Shown: positions 18,528 to 25,543 of the stretch, in pieces
Numbering within the stretch: position 1 is the stretch's first letter
How the letters are laid out: each line of letters starts with the position of its first letter
Assembly (NCBI GenBank): GCA_965223855.1
Contig: CBDCXM010000009.1
Coordinates: 3,162,006 to 3,226,005, forward strand
Reading direction: 5' to 3'
Origin: Candidatus Multivoradales bacterium
GTDB taxonomy: Bacteria > Acidobacteriota > Thermoanaerobaculia > Multivoradales > JAHEKO01
DNA: 64,000 nucleotides
Notes under the pieces: model-generated
The model's database searches: none
Told to the model about the DNA's origin: nothing
Seen by the model: only the letters and a program-made list of their open reading frames with translations
Program-made: the position numbers and the translations under genes

Positions 18528-21377
18528 ATGATTGAATCCTGCATCCAGTTCCTCCGTGGTCCGGAGAGAGCCTCGGACGGTGGTGATGTCGCCAGACGAC
18601 CCGCCCGCGTCTCTCCCGGGTTCGTCGTGGTGGTCGTGTCTCTCCTCGCCCCGCTTCTCGCGGCCGGCCATGGCAGGACAGAGGCCGCAGAAGCTGGAGC
18701 GCAGTTCGGAGCACAGTCCGGGCAGGAGGCCGTTCTCCACAGCGCCCATCTGCTCACCGAGCGGGGTCTCGTCGTAGAAGCGATCGCCCGCACCGCACAG
18801 GCTCTGCGGGAGGATCCCGCGAACGCGCGGGCGCGAAGCTGGCTGCTCGACGCGCTCCAGCGACGGGAGTGGTCGTGGATCCGATCGATCCTCCAGCATT
18901 CGAACGACGACGATCTGACCTCGGCCACGCTCAGCCCCGACGGCACCCGCGTCGTCACGACGTCGCACTCTGGCAGGACAAGGCTCTGGGATGCGGCGAC
19001 CGGCCGACCCGTCGGCGAGCCGCTGCACCCCGACCAATCGGTATGGGGGCTGGCCGTATTCAGTCGTGATGGACGGCGCCTGTTCACCGTCTCGAACGAG
19101 GCCAACGCCTTCTGGGACCCGCAGACGGGCCAGAAGACCGGGGAACTCGACGCCCCCTTCTTCTGGGAGCAGCAGGACGCCGCAGCAGCGGACTTCAGCC
19201 CTGACGGGACGCGCCTGGCGATCGCGGCATCCGAGGGCTTGCCGGTGCTCTTCGACGCCGACACCGGCGAGAGCCTGGCCGACGTCAACCCTCTCGTGGG
19301 AACCCTGTCGCACGTGACGTTCAGCCCCGACGGAGCCTATTTCGTCACGGCCGGATCGGAGACGCTCGAAGATGGGTCGGCTCACGATGGCGTCGTTCGG
19401 TTCTGGGACGGGACGACCGGAGAACCCCTCGGCGCGCCACTCCTTCACGACGCCAGGGCTACCTTTGCGTCCTTCAGTTTCGACGGCACGCGACTGCTCA
19501 CTGTCTCGAACCACGGGAGCCCGACCACGCAGCAGGGCGGTGCCGCCCGACTCTGGGACGTGGCCACCCGAACCCCGCTTGGAGGGCCTCTCGAGCAACC
19601 CGGATTCATGCGAAGCGCGTCCTTCAGCCGGGACGGGACGCGCATCCTGACCGTCGCGGACGACCGGATCGGCAGGTTTGCTCAGGCTCAAGTCTGGGAC
19701 GTGGCCAGCGGGCAACCGCTCGGACGGACGATCCGGCTCGACTTCACGGATGATTCGGGGTGGCGTGTCTTCTCCGCCTCGTTCAGTCCGGGGGGCGACC
19801 GGATCCTCACGGGAGGGGGAGACACGGACGTGCGCCTTTGGGATGCCGTGACGGGCGAGCCGATCGGAGAGCCCCTCGAGCACGGTTCCGCCGTGGTCTC
19901 GGCCTTGTTCGGCCCGGAAGGCAAGCGGGTCGTCACCGCTTCGGTCGACGGCAGAGCACGGCTCTGGGATGCGGCCATTGGCCAGCCTGACGGACAGGCG
20001 CTCCGGCACGCGAGCCCCTTGCGCTCCGCGTACTTCAGCCCGGATGGTGGTCGCGTCGTCAGCTCCGCGGACGATCTCGGCGGCGCCCGGTTGTGGGAGG
20101 TGGCTTCAGGCCGGCTCCTCGGCGATCCCCTTCGACACCAGGACCATCGCGTCTTCGAAGCGTCGTTCAGCCCCGACGGCACGAGGGTCGTCACGGCCTC
20201 GGACGACCACACCGCCCAGATCTGGGACGCCGCGACCGGTGAGCGGGTCGGGCCAGCCCTCCGGCATGAAGACGGCGTCTCCTCCGCATCGTTCAGCCCG
20301 GACGGTTCGCTCGTCGTCACTGTCGCCCGGAACTGGGCCGCCGGCGTCTGGAACGCGGTCGGCGGCGAAGCGCTGGGAGAGCGGATCCGACACCGGGGGC
20401 CGATCGTATCCGCGTCGATCAGCCCCGACGGTCGGAGCCTCCTCACGGCCTGGAACGAGGGGAGCCCACCAGATGAAGGGCCGGACCTGGCAAGGCTCTG
20501 GGATCCGTCCACGGGCCAGCCGATTGGACCCTCCCTGCAGAACAACGTCTCCAGGCGGGAGGAGGACATCACGTCGGCCTCCTTCAGTCGGGACGGGTCG
20601 CGGATTCTCTCCGGCCTGTACGCTCGCGCGCTCGTCTTCGACTCGGCCCTCGAGCCGCTGAGGACGCTCGAGGCCGAGCGGTTCGGTGATCTCAGGACCC
20701 AGATCGTTTCGGCAGCCTTCAGTCCCGACGGCAGCCGGGTCGTCACCGCTGGAGAGAACGCCGCCTGGCTCTGGGACGAAGCGACCGGCCAGCGCGTCGG
20801 AGTGCCCCTCTCCCACGAGGGCCGGGTCGGCATGGCGGTGTTCGATCCCGACGGGGCCAGGGTGGTGACCGTCTCCGACGACAGCGCACGGGTATGGGAC
20901 GCGGTCAGCGGACTGCCACTGGGAGGACCGCTGCGACACCAGGCCGAAGTGCTCTCGGCCACCTTCGATGCCGAGGGAGACCGGATCCTCACGGCCTCGA
21001 AGGACGGAACCGCACGGCTCTGGGACGCGGAGATCGGCACCGAGACCGATTCGGCGGTCCTTGCCGATCTCGCCGAGCTGGTCGTCGGATACCGGCTGAG
21101 CGAGCTGCGAGCGCTGGTGCCGATCCGGGAGCCGCGACGAGAACTCGCGCGCCTCGCGCAGGCCGCCGGTACCGGAGAGGGCTTCGGGTGGCACTTCGTC
21201 CGGTGGTTCCTCAGCGACCGGCGGGAGCGCACCGTCTCGCCGCTGTCGACCCAGCCGCTGTCCGACTACTGCCGGGAGGAGCAGGGGTTTCGTGAAGAGC
21301 ACCCCTATCCGAAGTTCGAGCTGCCGACGGCCTGCCGGGGGATCGTGGAGGAGGGACCGGGCCGGTCTCCGACATAG
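18528..21377 (+). CDS. WD40-repeat protein (949 aa)
   Basis: Many repeats of ASFSPDGxRVVTASxDxTARLWDAATGxPxGxPLxH; AAGGAG RBS; N-terminal hydrophobic segment. Confidence 0.9.
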   Translation: MIESCIQFLRGPERASDGGDVARRPARVSPGFVVVVVSLLAPLLAAGHGRTEAAEAGAQFGAQSGQEAVLHSAHLLTERGLVVEAIARTAQALREDPANARARSWLLDALQRREWSWIRSILQHSNDDDLTSATLSPDGTRVVTTSHSGRTRLWDAATGRPVGEPLHPDQSVWGLAVFSRDGRRLFTVSNEANAFWDPQTGQKTGELDAPFFWEQQDAAAADFSPDGTRLAIAASEGLPVLFDADTGESLADVNPLVGTLSHVTFSPDGAYFVTAGSETLEDGSAHDGVVRFWDGTTGEPLGAPLLHDARATFASFSFDGTRLLTVSNHGSPTTQQGGAARLWDVATRTPLGGPLEQPGFMRSASFSRDGTRILTVADDRIGRFAQAQVWDVASGQPLGRTIRLDFTDDSGWRVFSASFSPGGDRILTGGGDTDVRLWDAVTGEPIGEPLEHGSAVVSALFGPEGKRVVTASVDGRARLWDAAIGQPDGQALRHASPLRSAYFSPDGGRVVSSADDLGGARLWEVASGRLLGDPLRHQDHRVFEASFSPDGTRVVTASDDHTAQIWDAATGERVGPALRHEDGVSSASFSPDGSLVVTVARNWAAGVWNAVGGEALGERIRHRGPIVSASISPDGRSLLTAWNEGSPPDEGPDLARLWDPSTGQPIGPSLQNNVSRREEDITSASFSRDGSRILSGLYARALVFDSALEPLRTLEAERFGDLRTQIVSAAFSPDGSRVVTAGENAAWLWDEATGQRVGVPLSHEGRVGMAVFDPDGARVVTVSDDSARVWDAVSGLPLGGPLRHQAEVLSATFDAEGDRILTASKDGTARLWDAEIGTETDSAVLADLAELVVGYRLSELRALVPIREPRRELARLAQAAGTGEGFGWHFVRWFLSDRRERTVSPLSTQPLSDYCREEQGFREEHPYPKFELPTACRGIVEEGPGRSPT

Positions 21378-21386
21378 GATCGGCGC

Positions 21387-21455
21387 ATGACAAACCAAGA
21401 GCTGACTCGCCGGATCGAACGACTCGAGCGGACCCACCGGCTGCTGACACGCCCG
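21387..21455 (+). pseudogene. 5' fragment of a gene interrupted by element copy 2
   Basis: ATG 21387 gives MTNQELTRRIERLERTHRLLTR, then runs into the GATGGAAGTGCC tandem repeats. Confidence 0.45.
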
Positions 21456-21494
21456 ATGGAAGTGCCCCGATGGAAGTGCCCGATGGAAGTGCCA
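21451..21494 (+). repeat. Three tandem 13-14 bp copies of (C)CCGATGGAAGTGC at the left end of element 2
   Basis: gcccgatggaagt gccccgatggaagt gcccgatggaagt gcca, read directly. Confidence 0.95.
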
Positions 21495-22687
21495 CTCGAA
21501 TCCCAGCGAACACTCTCGTGAGATTTCCCGACCATTCACCGTCTACGAGGGCATGGGACGCAAGCTTCGCCACCTGCCCTCGGAAGCTCTCGTAGAAGTC
21601 ACCTGTCGCGTGATCCAGAGGCGCTTTCTGCTGCGCCCGTCTCCGGTACTCAACGAGATCATCATCGGCACCCTTGCCCGAGGGCAGAGGCGCTACGGAA
21701 TGAGGGTGTGCGGGTTCGTCTACCTGTCGAATCACTGCCACCTGCTGCTCTATCCGACGGACGCCAGGCAACTCGCCGACTTCATGCGCTACGTCAACTC
21801 GAAGATCGCCCGCGAGGTCGGGCGGCTCCATGACTGGAGGGAGAAAGTCTGGGGGCGCCGCTATGTGGACATCGAGGTCTCCAAGGAACCCGAGGCGCAG
21901 GTTCACCGTCTTCGCTATCTCCTCCGACAAGGGGTCAAGGAAGGCCTCGTTGCTTCGCCGAAGCACTGGCCCGGAGCCTCCTCGACGAAGGCCCTGCTTA
22001 GGGGCGAAGAGCTCGAAGGCGTCTGGATCGACCGCACGGAGCAGTTCAGGGCCCACGAGCGCGGGGAGCACAACCCGGATGCGCTCTTCACTTCCCGGGA
22101 ACGATTGGAGCTCTCTCCACTGCCCTGCTGGGAGCACGAACCAGAGAGCCGCTGGCGATCCGAGGTCCGGCGGATGGTGAGAGAGATCGAGAAGGAAGCC
22201 CCAGAACAGATCCTCGGCAAAGAGGCGATCCTCGCTCAACACCCGCACGATCGCCCCAGCACGCCTGCAAACCGGACCCCCGCGCCTCGCTTCCACGCGA
22301 TCCAAGGAAGCGTGCGCCGAGCGCTGGAGGCCGGCTATGCCCTCGTCGTCCTCGCCTATCGGCAGGCCGCAGAGGATCTCAAGCGCGGCGCAGTCGCCGA
22401 CTTCCCCGCCGGGTGCTTCAGGCCGGGCCTCGGATTCGTGCCGCTCCCGCTCAGGGTCTAGCAGCAACGAGCCGGGAAGGCACGGATGGGAGCCAGCCGG
22501 CGAACGCGGGCGGCGGAGCTGTGCCCGCTTCTCGTCGCGCGCAACTCAACCCCGAGCGACTGTCCCCGAAGAGGCACCGAGAGGCCCGGAACGCAGCCGA
22601 GAGAGCGTAGTTCGACGAGCCTCGCAAACTTCAGGATGCCCCATCACCTGTCCAGAAGCATCCTCTTCAGGAAGAGCATGGCACCTC
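21486..22687 (+). mobile_element. Y1/HUH (RAYT-like) transposable element, copy 2
   Basis: GAAGTGCCA (21486) to TGGCACCTC (22679-22687); same architecture as copy 1. Confidence 0.8.
21553..22461 (+). CDS. Y1/HUH transposase, paralog of 17179..18087
   Basis: 302 aa; about 35 differences from copy 1 by manual count (~88% identical), mostly conservative. Confidence 0.9.
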   Translation: MGRKLRHLPSEALVEVTCRVIQRRFLLRPSPVLNEIIIGTLARGQRRYGMRVCGFVYLSNHCHLLLYPTDARQLADFMRYVNSKIAREVGRLHDWREKVWGRRYVDIEVSKEPEAQVHRLRYLLRQGVKEGLVASPKHWPGASSTKALLRGEELEGVWIDRTEQFRAHERGEHNPDALFTSRERLELSPLPCWEHEPESRWRSEVRRMVREIEKEAPEQILGKEAILAQHPHDRPSTPANRTPAPRFHAIQGSVRRALEAGYALVVLAYRQAAEDLKRGAVADFPAGCFRPGLGFVPLPLRV

Positions 22688-22695
22688 TAGGAGGG

Positions 22696-23044
22696 CGCCT
22701 ATCGACAGGCGGCGGAGGATCTCAAGCGCGGCAGAGCCGCCGAGTTCCCCGCCGGCTGCTTCAGGCCGGCCCTGGGTTTCACACCACTCCCGCTCAAGAC
22801 CTAGTAACAACGAGCCAGGGAGGTCCCGATTTACAAGCCAGCCGACAAGGCCGGGCCGCGGAGCCGTGCCCACTCGTCGTCAGAGTGACCTCAAGAGCGA
22901 ACACCGGACCTCGAGAACCGGCCGACAGGCCCGAAACGCAGCTTCGAGAGCCGTGGTTTGGTTGAGCCTCCCGACGTCGAGGTTGCCCCATCACCCCTTC
23001 AGAGCCGTCCGGCAAACTCTTTTCCAAGAAGCGTGTGGCACCTC
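22696..23044 (+). mobile_element. Truncated copy 3: last ~35 transposase codons, 3' non-coding segment and right end
   Basis: Translates AYRQAAEDLKRGRAAEFPAGCFRPALGFTPLPLKT* (stop 22802-22804), then the conserved 3' segment ending TGGCACCTC at 23036-23044. Confidence 0.85.
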
Positions 23045-23091
23045 CTCTCGGGGGCACCTCTTCTCCGGGCCTCTCCGGCGTCCTTTCCCAC

Positions 23092-24840
23092 TTAGGGGGT
23101 AGGAAGGTAGTGATGGAGGTGCCATCTCTCTAGCCAACCTACGATGTACTCCCGTGCTTCGTCGGGATTCTCATGCCCGCGCATTCCGACCTCCGTCAGT
23201 CCTTCCTCATAGCCGCTGACCCACTTGTCATGCAGACCCTGGGGACTGAAGTGCCACTTGTAGAGGTATACGCCGCACGGCAATTGCCACTCAAGGCGGG
23301 CAGCTTCCAACACCCACAGGTACTCGAAGCGCTCAAACTGAGTGTCAAAATCTGCCTTGTCTTTCGCGACCGATGGGCCGAAGAGCTGCCAGAGTCGTTC
23401 TCGGATGTGGCCGGACATTGCGAAGTAGACGCTTGATCCATATGCCTTCGCGTAGAGGTCGCTCGTAAGTACGCGATCCCCATCGAGACTCCGTAGCAGC
23501 GGCTGGCTATTCGGGAGAGCGTGGCTACCGCCTTCCTCCGCGACCGTGGGATCAAAGACGACGCGGGCCAGCATTCGGAAGTTCTTGCCTGCCAGCGCAC
23601 TGATGCCGCACGAGTAGATCAAGAGCAATGCTGGATACCGACTTAGCCTCCTCCAGGCAGTGTACGTCTGTGCGTTCTTGTCTGCTGTCTTGACTGCGGC
23701 GAGTTCCTCGATCGTCCTCACGAGAGCTTGAGAATGATGAGGATCCTGCCCCCAATAGGCGACCGTGGTCGCTATACGCAAGAGCCCCTCTGTCAGAGCC
23801 TCGTATTCTTCGATGCGGTTCTTCATGGTCTCGCCATTCGGAGTTGGAGCAGACCAGCTCATGAGCTCCATGGCCGACCGGACCCGATCACGCTCACCCG
23901 AGATGAGTCCGTCCATCCTTACTCGATGACGCGGCTCCGACACATAGGTTCTCGCGCGCTCCACCATCAGATCAATCGAGATAGGGTGCTGCCTGTCGAG
24001 GCCTTCAAGTGCTTGAAGTCGTTCGGCTAGCTCATCAAAGAACGAGTCTGCGCTGTCGATAGCGACTTGTACCGCTCCGGTCGCATCGACTATCTGGCGG
24101 CCCGAGTCACGCACTTGCCCTCCCCTAGCGGCCCAGTAGATGGGGAACGTCCTCTGCCGCGTCTCCCGGATGACCTCTCGGAGCGCAATGTCGTAGTCAC
24201 CTGACCACCCGCATACCACTAGCCCGAAGTCACGGACTATTTCTCGGAGCATCCTCTTGCGATTCTGGTCGTACTTCGCAAGCTCTTCTTCGGTGTTCTT
24301 GATAGTTGGAGATAGGTAGTCTCCGTTGAGCTTCAAGAGCAAGCACTTCTGGTGAACAAGTGCGAGGGCGCCCTTGGCGTCGGCAGAAGTAGCCACCACG
24401 GTAGGGTGCACTCCAACCGCCTCTAGCGCTGATTCAAGCAACCGATCGAAGTTGGTCGTGATGATGATCCTGACGTGACCAGACTTGCACAGTCGGGCGA
24501 TGGCTCGATGTGCCTGGGTGGGTGCTTTCGAGCCATCGCCGTCCGAGTCAGACGGTTCAAAGTACGGCCGTAGGATTCCTTGACGCTCTACGGGGCCTGT
24601 TCCCAGATTCGTCACCACGCTGGAGTAGGTCGGCTCGCCAAAGCCTTGCTCCCGATACCAAGTCTCGGGATCATCGCCACAATCATCCCCCTTCATAGTT
24701 CCCAGTTTTCGCACGAGGTCGAGAGCGATCTCATGGCCTGTTGGCATGCCAGCGGCCCGAGAAACGCCTGAACCCACGAGCAACGCGTAGGCTCCCGGAT
24801 TGCCGTGGATGGCAAATGCCAACTGGTCAAGTGGGTCCAT
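23092..24840 (-). CDS. SIR2-family (SIR2_2) protein, probable NADase/defence effector
   Basis: ALLVGSGVSRAAGMPTG, IITTNFDRLLE, LLKLNGDY and GLVVCGWSGDYD motifs; visibly more AT-rich codon usage than the flanks. Confidence 0.88.
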   Translation of the reverse strand: MDPLDQLAFAIHGNPGAYALLVGSGVSRAAGMPTGHEIALDLVRKLGTMKGDDCGDDPETWYREQGFGEPTYSSVVTNLGTGPVERQGILRPYFEPSDSDGDGSKAPTQAHRAIARLCKSGHVRIIITTNFDRLLESALEAVGVHPTVVATSADAKGALALVHQKCLLLKLNGDYLSPTIKNTEEELAKYDQNRKRMLREIVRDFGLVVCGWSGDYDIALREVIRETRQRTFPIYWAARGGQVRDSGRQIVDATGAVQVAIDSADSFFDELAERLQALEGLDRQHPISIDLMVERARTYVSEPRHRVRMDGLISGERDRVRSAMELMSWSAPTPNGETMKNRIEEYEALTEGLLRIATTVAYWGQDPHHSQALVRTIEELAAVKTADKNAQTYTAWRRLSRYPALLLIYSCGISALAGKNFRMLARVVFDPTVAEEGGSHALPNSQPLLRSLDGDRVLTSDLYAKAYGSSVYFAMSGHIRERLWQLFGPSVAKDKADFDTQFERFEYLWVLEAARLEWQLPCGVYLYKWHFSPQGLHDKWVSGYEEGLTEVGMRGHENPDEAREYIVGWLERWHLHHYLPTP

Positions 24841-24860
24841 TCCAGTAACTTCCACGCCGT

Positions 24861-25034
24861 TCAGACGGACAGGTGTTTCCTTGGATGCCACAATCCCGCC
24901 AGCTGCCGCCGCAATGCCCTGAACACCTCCGACCACGTAGTGCCGGAGGCATGGACACTCGGCACCCCGACCACGGTGCCGACGATCACGCCGAACAACG
25001 GGCGCTCTTCGAGGGCAACGTCGAAGCCCTGCAT
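24861..25034 (-). CDS. HicB-like mini protein (possibly degenerate)
   Basis: MQGFDVALEERPLFGVIVGTVVGVPSVHASGTTWSEVFRALRRQLA resembles the HicB N-terminal fold pattern (xVPxLPGChsxGxTxeEa). Confidence 0.4.
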   Translation of the reverse strand: MQGFDVALEERPLFGVIVGTVVGVPSVHASGTTWSEVFRALRRQLAGLWHPRKHLSV

Positions 25035-25340
25035 CCGCCACAGGGGCGGCGGGCCTGCCTCGACGCCTCCCGACAGGCGGCGGCGATAGGGGAACGGGTT
25101 CCCGCGAGAATCGTACATATGCTATTGGCCGAGTCTACACGCGGCGACTCCCCTCCCTTCGCTGCCCACGCCAAGGCGCAAGACCCCCAATTGAGCGGCG
25201 GCGGGCGCTGCACTTCGCTGCTACGCCACGCTCCCGAGGGGCCGCCAAACTCTTGCAGTCGTCTTGCAAGCCTGCTCGCACAGCCCCGAAACCGTAGGGG
25301 GGCAATCCAAGCAACTTGTTTGTTTTGTTGAACTTGGAAT

Positions 25341-25417
25341 TGGTCGGGACGGGGAGATTTGAACTCCCGACCCCCTGAACCCCATTCAGGTGCGCTACCA
25401 GGCTGCGCCACGTCCCG
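25341..25417 (-). tRNA. tRNA-Pro(GGG)
   Basis: CGGGACGTGGCGCAGCCTGGTAGCGCACCTGAATGGGGTTCAGGGGGTCGGGAGTTCAAATCTCCCCGTCCCGACCA; anticodon GGG; encoded CCA. Confidence 0.97.
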
Positions 25418-25458
25418 ACCGGTGTGCGGCACGCGCCTGGGCGGGCACCGCGTCGGGG

Positions 25459-25487
25459 AGGATAGTACAGGGGACCGGCGCGGGCAA
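25459..25487 (-). promoter_or_regulatory. Putative sigma70 promoter of tRNA-Pro
   Basis: TTGCCC-17-TATCCT on the minus strand. Confidence 0.4.
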
Positions 25488-25543
25488 ACCGTCGAGGGCC
25501 GCGCTGCAGCGCCCCGAAGCGGCTCCTCCGCTACCCGAAACCC

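Noticed and set aside
21189-21197. TGGCACTTC/GAGGTGCCA matches at 21189, 27024 and 46089 as extra element ends
   Set aside because: They lie inside intact coding regions (two are Trp-His-Phe/Leu codons) with no adjacent element homology; 9-mers are expected by chance.
21451-21494. CRISPR array or iteron interpretation of the tandem repeat
   Set aside because: The units are 13-14 bp and contiguous, with no spacers and no cas or rep gene in the window.
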